Shown: positions 47,746 to 57,153 of the stretch, in pieces
How positions within the stretch are numbered: position 1 is the stretch's first letter
Layout of the letters: the number at the start of each line of letters is the position of its first letter
NCBI GenBank assembly: GCA_965218795.1
Contig: OZ244653.1
Coordinates: 4,864,001 to 4,928,000, forward strand
DNA: 64,000 bases
Reading direction: 5' to 3'
Source of the DNA: a bacterium
GTDB lineage: Bacteria; UBA8248; JACPRG01; G963555815
Translations under genes and position numbers: made by a program
Notes under the pieces: model-generated
Database searches by the model: none
What the model saw: the letters and a program-made list of their open reading frames with translations, nothing else
What the model was told of the DNA's origin: nothing

Positions 47746-49083
47746 TTACACCGGCGAATCGCGCCGAGGCGGCGCAATGCCATACTGGCGCAGCGTACTT
47801 TCCAACGTCGGCTTGCCGAGGCGAATGCGTTCGTCATTCAGCAGGTAAGAGAATACATATCCAAGGCCGAGGATCAGCACACCGATTAAGAAACAATAGA
47901 TGACGGCCCGGTCAGGATAACCATCCTTCAAATATCCCATATAGAGCGGGCCAAAGATCCCCGCCGCCGCCCAAGCCGTCAGAATCGCTCCGTATATCAC
48001 CGACATTCTCTTCGCACCGAAGACGTCAAGGACGAAGGACGGCATCGTCGCAAAGCCGCCGCCGAAGCACAGCATGATGTAACAGACAAGCGCCGAGAAA
48101 ATCCAAGGATCACTTTCCGTCATCAGGATACCAAAGACAACCAACTGGCTGGCGAGCAGTATTCTGAATACCCGTACGCGCCCGATGTGGTCCGAGAGCA
48201 ATCCCCAGAACAGCCGCCCCACACCGTTGCACAAAGAACTCACAGCGATCAGCGTCGCCCCGTACTCCACAAGCGTCTCCGGCTCCACCGAGGGGTCGGC
48301 AAGTCCCCAAACATCCTGCAGCAGCGACGACTGAAAGCTGATGATGGAGATCCCCGCGGCGATGTTGAAAAAGAACACGAGCCACATGATCGTGAATTCG
48401 GTCGACCGGAGACAGTGGGAAACGGAGCCGGACTCGTCGCCTTCCACCGAATCCTCGCCACTCCGGGAGCTTGCGAGGGTTCGGTCGAAAGCGGGCGGCG
48501 GATCCCTCAACGCCAAGCTCGACGGAATCAATACACAGGCAAACACGATACCGAGCCACATGAAGACAGAATGCAGCTCCCCCTCCGTACGAAACACAAG
48601 AAAGGGCGCCAACACCTTGCTCAGCAGAAACGCGCCCACGCCGAAGCCCATAACGACAATACCGGTCGCCAGTCCCTTGCGGTCCGGAAACCATTTGGCC
48701 ACCGTCGCGACGGGCGTCACGTAGCCAAGCCCGATCCCCGCACCGCCGATGACGCCGTAACCGAGATAGAAGAGCATGAGAATGTCCAAGTGAAGGGCCA
48801 GGCTGGCGATAAGATAGCCGCCCGAGAACATGACGCTGCCCGTCACCGCCAGTCTTCGCGGTCCGACCCGGGGCAGCTGTGCGCCCGCCCACGCCGCCGA
48901 TAGGCCCAGTGAGAATATCGTGATGCTGAACGCCACGGCCGTGTCCGTGAACGACCACCCATGATGCTTGACCAGAAGTGTTTGAAAGAAGCTCCACGCA
49001 TACACCGTCCCGAAACAAACCTGCAGCACGGTGCAAAGCAGCACTGTCATCGCACGCGGAATCACGACATGCGGACCCGTCAT
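47746..49083 (-). CDS. MFS transporter (OFA/L-lactate family)
   Basis: GTVYAWS, KWFPDRKGLATG, NGVGRLFWG..SD.IGR and FGGGFATMP motifs. Confidence 0.9.
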   Translation of the reverse strand: MTGPHVVIPRAMTVLLCTVLQVCFGTVYAWSFFQTLLVKHHGWSFTDTAVAFSITIFSLGLSAAWAGAQLPRVGPRRLAVTGSVMFSGGYLIASLALHLDILMLFYLGYGVIGGAGIGLGYVTPVATVAKWFPDRKGLATGIVVMGFGVGAFLLSKVLAPFLVFRTEGELHSVFMWLGIVFACVLIPSSLALRDPPPAFDRTLASSRSGEDSVEGDESGSVSHCLRSTEFTIMWLVFFFNIAAGISIISFQSSLLQDVWGLADPSVEPETLVEYGATLIAVSSLCNGVGRLFWGLLSDHIGRVRVFRILLASQLVVFGILMTESDPWIFSALVCYIMLCFGGGFATMPSFVLDVFGAKRMSVIYGAILTAWAAAGIFGPLYMGYLKDGYPDRAVIYCFLIGVLILGLGYVFSYLLNDERIRLGKPTLESTLRQYGIAPPRRDSPV

Positions 49084-49194
49084 CCTCGGTACGTCCCGAC
49101 CGTCTCGCCTGTCGGCTTTGAACGCCAGTCACCCGTCGCCGCGCGCGGCCCGTCAACCCGGCTTACCTGCGAATACGCTTCCCCATAAAAGAAA

Positions 49195-49938
49195 TCAGAC
49201 ATCTCCGATCGGCTGAGCGCCGCGTGCTTTCTCGACATCCATGACCTCCGCAAAATAGAGGAAAAAGCGGGCGAGTTGCCCCGCCTCGTCGTCTCGCGCT
49301 AGAAGGCTCTCCTCCGTCGCCATGTTATCGCTCCTATTCGATGCAAGCTCCACCGCATAGGCGAGGAGCCTCCCGATAGGTTTGGCGGCGAGGTTGACAA
49401 ACCAGATGGCGGCGAAGACACCGACGACGAATATGATGGAAATGAGGTAGATCTGCTGACCGATGGCCCTTTGAACCTTCAGCGAAATCAACCCCGTATC
49501 CATTCCGATGTGAACGGTCCCGGCAATGCCCACCAGGATCGGACTGCCGACTTCGATGAAATCTCCTACCCCGGGCAGGCTTCGTTCCACGGTCGCCGTG
49601 CTGTGCGGGTCTCCCGTTCGGATCTCTTCGGGAATCCCGGGCACAAAGGTGTGGGCGAGGAATTCTCCTGATTCAGTCGTAATATAGATGTAGCTGATGC
49701 CTTGAATCTCGACGAACTGATCAATCAGCGCTTGCAGGGCCGACAAGTCGCGATTCAGTATGATGTCCACGCTCGCGTCGGCGATGGTCTTCGCGATTCC
49801 CTTACTGTTGCTCTCGTATTCCCGGGACAAGTGCGTATCGACCGTATAGATGCAAAGAACGGAGGTTGATACCCCTATCAGACCGAACAGGCAGAAAACA
49901 CCGAACAGCGTCTTCCGGAAGAGTTTCTGGATCTTCAT
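49195..49938 (-). CDS. Membrane sensor-like protein (TM, extracytoplasmic domain, TM, HAMP-like), no output domain
   Basis: Two hydrophobic segments and a C-terminal KPIGRL...RDDEAGQLAR HAMP pattern. Confidence 0.7.
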   Translation of the reverse strand: MKIQKLFRKTLFGVFCLFGLIGVSTSVLCIYTVDTHLSREYESNSKGIAKTIADASVDIILNRDLSALQALIDQFVEIQGISYIYITTESGEFLAHTFVPGIPEEIRTGDPHSTATVERSLPGVGDFIEVGSPILVGIAGTVHIGMDTGLISLKVQRAIGQQIYLISIIFVVGVFAAIWFVNLAAKPIGRLLAYAVELASNRSDNMATEESLLARDDEAGQLARFFLYFAEVMDVEKARGAQPIGDV

Positions 49939-49939
49939 G

Positions 49940-51262
49940 TCACGAAAACCTCTCCTCCCAGTTATCCAGAGTGATAAAGCGGCCCTTGTCGACGATGGTG
50001 TAGTAGACGCGCTGCAAGCCCTGCCGGCGACCAGGACCGAAAGAGACCCGTTCGCCGATGCCTAGATCGAAATCCCGTATGCTGAAGACGGCGTTTTCGA
50101 GGCTGCGTCGTTCCGGGTTGTCGCCCAGGCGATATAGAATCTCGGCCATCAGCTTGGCGTCGAGAAATCCCTCCAGACTGACGAAGCTGTAGGGGAAGGG
50201 TGTGTAGGGCTCTCTCAACAATTCTTGCGGCGCCCTGGGATTGTGACGCTGCATCAACTCACGGTACTCTTTGACGCTCGGAACAGAGACGTCTTCGTAA
50301 CTGGGGACCACCTGAGAATTGACCAACAGATCTGTATATCGCTGACTGTCGCTGCGCCCTTCCGTGATGAGCTTCAGGAGATTTTCGCTTCCCACAAAGG
50401 AGAGGTTGGCAATCGGAACCTGCAGCCCGAAGTTCACAGCATCGCGCAGAAATGCCGCGCATGCGGCATAGGCGCCGATACATATCACGGCTTCGGGGCT
50501 TGACGCCTTCAGTATCTCGACCTGTCGACGCATGCTGCCGGTGAACCTCTCACCGCGCCGATAGGTCGCTTCGCCCACAATCCGCTCCCCGTGTCTTCTG
50601 AGAGCCCGCCTCACGCCCGCCCATCCGCTGCGGCCGTAGGCATCGGCTTGATAGAATACGGCAATGCGCCTTCTGTTGATGCGAACGAAATTGTCAACGA
50701 GACCCGCGGTTTCCTGACGATAAGAAGCACGCAGGTTGAAGGCGAAGTCCCCGTAGGGCTGCTCCCGTTGCGGTTGGGCGCCCGTGAACGGAAAAAACAG
50801 GTAGACTTCCTTCGCCTGGAACTTCTTCAGTATGGGCAGCGCGCGAGTCACGGTCGGCGTGCCTACGTAACCGAACAGGGCAAACACCTGATCTTGCAGC
50901 ATCAGCGCCACAGTGTTCTCAACACAAGGATCCGGTTGGTAACCGTCGTCATACGTCTTGAGCGTGATCTTGCGGCCCCTGACGCCGCCACGCTGATTGA
51001 CGTACGCGAAGTACGAGCTGGCGCCTCGATAAAGCTCAATCCCCAGACCGCGTGAGGGACCAGAGAACGCCGCCGACATGCCTAGAAAAATCTCGCTGTC
51101 GGTCAATCCGGCGGGCTGTGGCTGGCTCGATGAACTTCCCCATGACAGAGACCGGAAAGGTTTCAAACCAAGCGCGAGAAAGCATCCGGCAAGACCGGAA
51201 CGGAGCGCGACTCTCCTTGTTATCGTCCGCATATCGTGTACGTCACTTTCCTCTTCGGCCAT
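49940..51262 (-). CDS. Tat-exported PBP1/branched-chain-type substrate-binding protein
   Basis: TRRVALR Tat-like signal, GMSAAFSGP, YDDGYQP, GYVGTPT and FNLRASY motifs. Confidence 0.88.
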   Translation of the reverse strand: MAEEESDVHDMRTITRRVALRSGLAGCFLALGLKPFRSLSWGSSSSQPQPAGLTDSEIFLGMSAAFSGPSRGLGIELYRGASSYFAYVNQRGGVRGRKITLKTYDDGYQPDPCVENTVALMLQDQVFALFGYVGTPTVTRALPILKKFQAKEVYLFFPFTGAQPQREQPYGDFAFNLRASYRQETAGLVDNFVRINRRRIAVFYQADAYGRSGWAGVRRALRRHGERIVGEATYRRGERFTGSMRRQVEILKASSPEAVICIGAYAACAAFLRDAVNFGLQVPIANLSFVGSENLLKLITEGRSDSQRYTDLLVNSQVVPSYEDVSVPSVKEYRELMQRHNPRAPQELLREPYTPFPYSFVSLEGFLDAKLMAEILYRLGDNPERRSLENAVFSIRDFDLGIGERVSFGPGRRQGLQRVYYTIVDKGRFITLDNWEERFS

Positions 51263-51400
51263 GTCACGCTGGCCATGTCGACCAGTCGGTCACGGCCCTG
51301 TCCGGTCATGACCGCCTGCGGGCGTCTCCCGGCGGTGCGCGTAGGCGAGTACGTTGGTATCTACGACAACCAAGCGACTGGGTTAAAACCGGAGCGTATG

Positions 51401-51781
51401 TCAGCGTATGTTTATCGTTAAGTCAAGCCCGAAACCGACAGGGACCGGCTCCAGGCCGTATTTCCTTCCTGCACCATTGACGAGGTACGCCAATTCTGGC
51501 GCACGGGCAATGGCGGCCATCAGGCGTTGCCAACTCAGGCGGCGCACAAGCCCCGGCACGCGACACGCGGCGATTGCTAACCCCCATTGTTTTTCGGCCT
51601 TGCCATCGTCCCGGAACGCGGGGTTGCGAGCATCGTAAACGACAAGTGCGTGCCCTCCGGCCGGGTCAAGCGCGCCGTCCGGCGTCAGGGCGGCGGCAAG
51701 CGCGTTTCGCGCCAGTTGGTAAACGTCTCCGAACGGGCACGGCTCATGATCGCGGTCGGCCGGCCAGTCGAACAGCCACAC
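51401..51781 (-). pseudogene. C-terminal fragment resembling a PD-(D/E)XK restriction endonuclease-like protein, truncated by IS
   Basis: YQLARNALAA...LVVYDARNP...LSWQ pattern. It begins at the IS3 remnant edge. Confidence 0.45.
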
Positions 51782-52140
51782 ACGGCTTGGCGCCGTGCCG
51801 TGGGCCTCACCAGTTTTTTGACAACAGCTCCTTCAGCGCCGCGTTGTCCAGATGTGCCTCCGCCAGAAGTCGCTTCCCATTCTCCGCCTCCAGCTCGCGC
51901 AGACGACGGGTGCCGGATATCTCCATCCCCCCGTCCTTCGACTTCCAGCGGTACAACGTCTGCTCCGATATGCCATGGCGCCGGCAGTTCTCGCGTGCCG
52001 TGGCGCCGGCCTCATGCTCGCGCAGCACCCCGACAATCTGCTCTTCGGTAAACCGTTTGCGTTTCATATCGAGTTCTCCTGTACTCAGCCTCTCCAGGAA
52101 AACTCCACATGCAATGGCCTGAATTACGGGGGGAAGGTCA
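51780..52140 (-). mobile_element. Truncated IS3-family (IS407 group) element: left IR and OrfA
   Basis: IR TGACCTTCCCCCGTAATTCAGGCCA; OrfA 51807-52067 MKRKRFTEEQIVGVLRE...LLSKNW; OrfB is cut after about 10 codons. Confidence 0.85.
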
Positions 52141-52423
52141 AATCGACCGCAGGTCTTTCATCCCGCCGGACTACACGATCATAGAAACTCCGTTGCCGCA
52201 GGGTGCCCTGAATCCCGAATTTCCAGGCCGCCCGCGGGGTGGCGAAATCGGGGCGGCACGTTGCCGTCGGGCCGGAACCTGGTTGGCTTGCCCTCAAACA
52301 GGATAAGATTCTCAAGGCATTCTTCAACCCGGCGTTTCGTGAAGCCTCTGCAGATGCCGCGTTTGGATTGAACAATATCGGTTTGTCGGATCGGACCGAC
52401 CTGAACAGAGGGAACCCCCGACC

Positions 52424-53158
52424 ATGTCGAAATCAATGCCGGAAGAGGCGGGAGGGCCAGTCCTCCGACGCGACTTGGAGTCCTATGAATCATTGATGAA
52501 CGTGATCCGGAGCCGAAGGAGCATCCGGAAGTTCGACCCCAGGCCAGTGCCGGAGGAAGACTTGGTGCGGATCCTCGAGGCCGGCCGATGGGCACCTTCG
52601 GGGGCGAACATCCAGCCGTGGGCATTCATCGTTGTAGAGGAATCGGACCGGCGACGGGCCATCGCGGAATTACTGATAGAAGAGGAACGCTATCTGCGGC
52701 GAAAAGATCCGCGCTTTCCGGCGTACGACCGGCGATTTCATTTGGACGTTCCCCTGTTCCTGATATTTGTTTGTGACCATCGCGCAAAACACGTTTTTCC
52801 ACAGACAGAACCCTTTCCCGTGGACATCACGCTTTACATGAGCATCTCGGCCGCCATCATGAATATTCATTTGGCCGCGGCTGCGCTGGGCTTGGGAACG
52901 ATTTGGTACACCGTCGAGGAACCATCGGAAATAGAGCTGAAGAAATTGCTGAGGATTCCAGATGACTTCTTTATTCCGAGCCTCACACCCCTCGGCTATC
53001 CCCTGCAAAGCCGAACCAGCGCGCGCCGGCCGCTTGAACGGGTGATGCACCGGGAGCGAATGGATCTCGGGAAAGTGAGGGATGGCAAAGTGATGGAGGA
53101 GTTGTCCAGCCGAAAAATGACCGCCTTGGTGATGGGCGGAAAACCCATCGACCATTGA
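52424..53158 (+). CDS. Nitroreductase family protein
   Basis: RRSIRKF, WAPSGANIQPW and LAAAALGLG motifs. Confidence 0.9.
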   Translation: MSKSMPEEAGGPVLRRDLESYESLMNVIRSRRSIRKFDPRPVPEEDLVRILEAGRWAPSGANIQPWAFIVVEESDRRRAIAELLIEEERYLRRKDPRFPAYDRRFHLDVPLFLIFVCDHRAKHVFPQTEPFPVDITLYMSISAAIMNIHLAAAALGLGTIWYTVEEPSEIELKKLLRIPDDFFIPSLTPLGYPLQSRTSARRPLERVMHRERMDLGKVRDGKVMEELSSRKMTALVMGGKPIDH

Positions 53159-53186
53159 GCCGGATGGCTGTCCTCTCCCCTCGCGG

Positions 53187-53888
53187 TCAGGAATGGGTGG
53201 ACCGGAAGAAATCCCAGACGAAGGGGAAGCGATTCGGTTTGAGTCCGACGTACGGATCGGAAAAGTCATCCGGCAATCTTTTTAACGGCTTGCCGAAGCT
53301 TTGCGCTACCCATTGGGTCCAGGCTGATTGCTCGAGGAAAATTGCGAGGATCACCGACTCCTCGATGTCCGTCCCTACCGTCACCGCTCCGTGGCCCTGG
53401 AGGAGGAGGGCGTTTTGCCCGCCGAGCGCACGAGCCGTTTCCTCTCCCAGTTCACGGGTGGTGATCAGGTCGGGTTTCTCATAAAGCGGAATCCCCCGGG
53501 CGAAATAGGCGGAGCGGTGATACAAAGGCTCGATGTCCACCTCCGCTACGGTCATTGCCGTGGCGACCAAGGGGTGGGTGTGGGCGATGGCCTGAACGTC
53601 CTTTCGGGCGCGGAATATCTCTGTGTGAAGGGGCCATTCGGATGGAGGATTGAGGTTCTTTCGAGACGGATCGCCGGCCCCCCAGTCCAGGACGTTGCCC
53701 TCCAGATCCATGACGAGGAAATCCTCAGGCCGCAGGCCGCCCAGACGGAGCCACTGGGGTTTAATCATCATCCGGTCCCCCGGATCCAGGCGGCAGGTGA
53801 CATGGCCAATCCAGTCTCCGAGTTTTTCCTTTTCGATGATTCGGTGCGCCTCGTTCAGTTTCTCGCGAATGTCGGTTTCACTGTCCAT
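53187..53888 (-). CDS. Class II aldolase/adducin family protein
   Basis: GHVTCR, PSEWPLHTEI, AHTHP and LLQGHG motifs. Confidence 0.9.
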   Translation of the reverse strand: MDSETDIREKLNEAHRIIEKEKLGDWIGHVTCRLDPGDRMMIKPQWLRLGGLRPEDFLVMDLEGNVLDWGAGDPSRKNLNPPSEWPLHTEIFRARKDVQAIAHTHPLVATAMTVAEVDIEPLYHRSAYFARGIPLYEKPDLITTRELGEETARALGGQNALLLQGHGAVTVGTDIEESVILAIFLEQSAWTQWVAQSFGKPLKRLPDDFSDPYVGLKPNRFPFVWDFFRSTHS

Positions 53889-54114
53889 GGCAATTTTTCG
53901 TCCTCTTCAAGCCGTGAAAGCGGTTCCATTTTCTGACCCGACGAAGGCGGCGTGCGCTCAGGATATGGGAGGAGCGGTCATTTTGCCAGAGCCCCGCATG
54001 GAAAAGCAGATGATGAGGGAGACGGTCCGGGCGCGCACGATGGACGCCGGTATCGCTCGCTTCCCTCCGCTGATCAGCGCGGATGGGAATCCTGGTGACC
54101 CCCGGGGCCGTTCT

Positions 54115-54822
54115 TCAGCGGATATCGGGATAAAGCCGCTTGAGACGCGCGGGTGAAACTCCGCACCAATAACCCAAAGCGATCGTCCACATCAGAAAGA
54201 TCGTTCGCCAGCATCCCAGACGTTCCCATCGTCTAGCCGAGGTGACAACGGAAGCCTTCAGCAGTCTCACCCGTCCGGTTTTTCGCATCCGCCACGTCAG
54301 ATCTCCATCCTCGAGAATTTCCTGTTCGCGAAATCCTCCCAGAGTCTCAAAGACAGACCTTCGAATGAAGGGGGCTTGATCTCCATATATGATCCCCGGC
54401 CACCGGGCCCTTAGGTTGGACATCCAGGAGATCAGGCGAAAAAGGATTCCCCGACGGTCGAGACTGTGCCGAAAGGCGCCTCCACAACAGTCCGGGTCCG
54501 CAAGCGATTGCTGGATCAGCAGAAATGCATTCGGTGGCAGACGCGTATCCGCGTGGAGGAAAAGAAGGGTCTCCCCGGAGGCGGAGAGGGCGCCGGCGTT
54601 CATCTGTCGGGCGCGTCCTGGGGACGAGGAGAGGACCCTCGCCAAGGGCCCTGCCCGCTCAACGGTTCGATCCCGGCTTCCGCCATCGACGACGATGACT
54701 TCCACACCTCCCGCACTCGGTCGAGGGAGGGTCTCCAAGGTCTGGCGGATCGCGGATTCCTCGTTGAGCGTTGGGATGATGACTGAAATCCGGGGAGACT
54801 TTGTCGCGGAAGACTCGTTCAT
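54115..54822 (-). CDS. GT2 glycosyltransferase (TIGR04283-like)
   Basis: SVIIPTLNEE, DGGSRD, GRARQMNAGA, FLHADT, YGDQ and TSARRW motifs. Confidence 0.88.
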   Translation of the reverse strand: MNESSATKSPRISVIIPTLNEESAIRQTLETLPRPSAGGVEVIVVDGGSRDRTVERAGPLARVLSSSPGRARQMNAGALSASGETLLFLHADTRLPPNAFLLIQQSLADPDCCGGAFRHSLDRRGILFRLISWMSNLRARWPGIIYGDQAPFIRRSVFETLGGFREQEILEDGDLTWRMRKTGRVRLLKASVVTSARRWERLGCWRTIFLMWTIALGYWCGVSPARLKRLYPDIR

Positions 54823-54985
54823 TCGCGGGTCAGCGGCTTTCTCGCGGAGCCAAGCAAGAAATATCTCATCATCTTCGGTTGGACTTTACATCAAACCAGT
54901 ACCGTCTAACGATACTCTTCGCAGGGGTCAAGGCATACTCAATGGTGTACGCCGGGAAAGGGACGTTGCCTGACGTGGAATCGGT

Positions 54986-55876
54986 CTAGGGAATCTCTCG
55001 CAGAAATTCCTGAAACCGTTTGCAGACAGGTGTCCGGTAGCGCGATTTGTGACGGACGATAAAGAGTTCGCGCTCCAGATTGACGCCCTCCACGGAGCTC
55101 TGCGCCAGCAACCCGGCGTCCAGATCACTTTGCACGGCAAGTTTTGACAGGATGCTGATTCCGATGCCCGCCTTGACGGCCTCACGGATGCCCTCGTTGC
55201 TTCCAAGTTCCACAACCGTGTTCAATTCGCCCGGGTCAAAATCCATCAAGGTCAACCGGCGTTCCAATGTCTTGCGGGTTCCCGAACCTTCTTCCCGGTG
55301 AAGAAACGGCTGCGTTTTGAGATCGGCGACCGATAACGACTCTTGATGGGCCCATGCGTGACCGGGAGGCAGGACGAGAATGAGTTCGTCAGTCCCGAAT
55401 ACCTCATGCACAAGATGGCTCTCATCCATCTTGGCGCCCACGATTCCCAGTTCAACCGCACCCTCCAGGACCATCCGCGAAATGACCTCGGAGTCTTCTA
55501 TCTTCAGGGATATGCGGGTCTCCGGATACGCCTTCTTGAATTCCCCCAGGACGCGCGGGAGGAGATAATCCCCGGGGATTGAACTCGCACCGAGCCGAAG
55601 GGTTCCGCGGCCCGCTCCGGCGAATTCCTGCATCGCGTCCTGGGCTTCCTGGCGCAGGGCGATGATCCCGAGGGCAAAATCGTAAAGAATCTTCCCGGCC
55701 TCGGTCAGGACGACCTCCCGGCCGAGCCGATCGAAGAGACGGACGCCAAACTCCTCTTCCAGATTTTTGATGTGTCCACTTGCGGTGGGTTGGGTCAGCG
55801 AGACCGATTCAGCAGCGCGGGAGAAGCTCTTGAGGTCGGCGATCTTACAGAACAACTCCAATTGGTGGATGTCCAC
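54986..55876 (-). CDS. LysR family regulator (CysL-like)
   Basis: SFSRAAESVSLTQPT HTH, GASSIPG and REEGSGTR motifs. GTG start at 55876. Confidence 0.92.
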   Translation of the reverse strand: MDIHQLELFCKIADLKSFSRAAESVSLTQPTASGHIKNLEEEFGVRLFDRLGREVVLTEAGKILYDFALGIIALRQEAQDAMQEFAGAGRGTLRLGASSIPGDYLLPRVLGEFKKAYPETRISLKIEDSEVISRMVLEGAVELGIVGAKMDESHLVHEVFGTDELILVLPPGHAWAHQESLSVADLKTQPFLHREEGSGTRKTLERRLTLMDFDPGELNTVVELGSNEGIREAVKAGIGISILSKLAVQSDLDAGLLAQSSVEGVNLERELFIVRHKSRYRTPVCKRFQEFLREIP

Positions 55877-55917
55877 CGGATTCTTCCTTGGATTGCCTAT
55901 GTGTTCATTGTTTCCAA

Positions 55918-55932
55918 ATCGGAAGTTCCGAT
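55918..55932. promoter_or_regulatory. Palindromic LysR-type binding site (T-N11-A)
   Basis: ATCGGAA-G-TTCCGAT between the divergent LysR and cyclase genes. Confidence 0.6.
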
Positions 55933-56057
55933 GGTCATTATATACCAGCCTAGTGAATGGAAGGTGATCTGGTTTCCATTTCAAGCCTTGTGATAAGGTT
56001 CCGAAAAATTCAATCTGTTCGTCATATATCCAGAAATATATCTATCGGAGAAAGCCA

Positions 56058-56678
56058 ATGTCGTTGATAGATTTGACGCATCCGCTCAGCAACCGGTTGC
56101 CCGTCTACTGGCCTTGGCATCCAAAGACTGAACTGACTCCTCATTCCTCCTATGAGGAGAACAAATGCCTGGTTCACAAATTAACCGTGGGCACGCATTC
56201 GGGTACCCATATCGACGCTCCTTCCCACTTCTTCGCGGGTGCACAAAACATTGACGAAATGTCACTTGATTTTTGGGTCTCTCAAGCGCAGGTGGTCGAC
56301 TTTACGGGCAAGGGGGAACGGGAGGAAATCAACCGGGCGGAAATGGAAGCGAAGGATATCGAGCGCGGTCTCGGAGTCATCGTCAGGACCGGCTGGAGCC
56401 GGTTTCACGGGCGCGAGGACTTCTATCAGACCTATCCGCCGATGCTCAAAGAGGCCGGGAAGTACTTAATGGAATGCCAAATTCCGTTTCTGGCCGCGGA
56501 TACTCCCTTCAATTGGGACATCCACGAGATGTTCCTTTCGGCGGGCAAACCCCTCATGACCAACCTGAACAACCTCGATCTAATCTCCCGGCCCCGTGTT
56601 CGGCTCTACGCATTCCCGCTTCTTTTGGAAAATGGGGACGGCGCCCCGGCGCGCATAATCGCAGAGCAGGCGGATTAG
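56058..56678 (+). CDS. Cyclase/kynurenine formamidase family metal hydrolase
   Basis: IDLTHPL, HSGTHIDAPSH and GDGAPAR motifs. Confidence 0.9.
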   Translation: MSLIDLTHPLSNRLPVYWPWHPKTELTPHSSYEENKCLVHKLTVGTHSGTHIDAPSHFFAGAQNIDEMSLDFWVSQAQVVDFTGKGEREEINRAEMEAKDIERGLGVIVRTGWSRFHGREDFYQTYPPMLKEAGKYLMECQIPFLAADTPFNWDIHEMFLSAGKPLMTNLNNLDLISRPRVRLYAFPLLLENGDGAPARIIAEQAD

Positions 56679-56736
56679 CCTGTCGGGAGGGGAGGCCGTT
56701 TCGCGGAGAATCCCGGCCAAAACGGATGAATCGAGC

Positions 56737-57153
56737 TCAGCCCGTAACCTGCACGATGACGCTTCTATTTCTGGGCCGGTTGTCGAAATCCATCAGGATG
56801 ATTTGTTGCCACGTTCCGAGGAGGAGGCGGCCGCCGGCAAACGGCACCGAGACAGAGGGGCCCAGGACTGCCGCGCGCACATGAGAAAAACCGTTGCCGT
56901 CACCCCATCGGGCATCATGGGCATAAAGAAGGTCGGAAGGCGCGATTCGTTCCATCGCGGCCTGCAGGTCCGAAACGGCGCCCGGTTCGAATTCGATGGT
57001 GGTCACACCGGCCGTCGAGCCCGGCACAAAGACTGTCACCGTTCCGGAATCCTGCCCTGATTCTCGAACGAAATCGGCGACCGCTTCCGTAATGTCGTGC
57101 GAATCCCCGCAGCCTTGGGTTCGCAGCGACATTTCATACGCGCTTGTGCTCAT
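56737..57153 (-). CDS. yjbQ: YjbQ/UPF0047 family protein
   Basis: DITEAV, GSTAG, NGFSHVRA, LGTWQQI and DFDNRPR motifs. Confidence 0.9.
   Translation of the reverse strand: MSTSAYEMSLRTQGCGDSHDITEAVADFVRESGQDSGTVTVFVPGSTAGVTTIEFEPGAVSDLQAAMERIAPSDLLYAHDARWGDGNGFSHVRAAVLGPSVSVPFAGGRLLLGTWQQIILMDFDNRPRNRSVIVQVTG

Noticed and set aside
54115-54822. Arsenosugar or selenosugar biosynthesis cluster
   Set aside because: The glycosyltransferase is alone, with no radical SAM, methyltransferase or SelD partner in the window.
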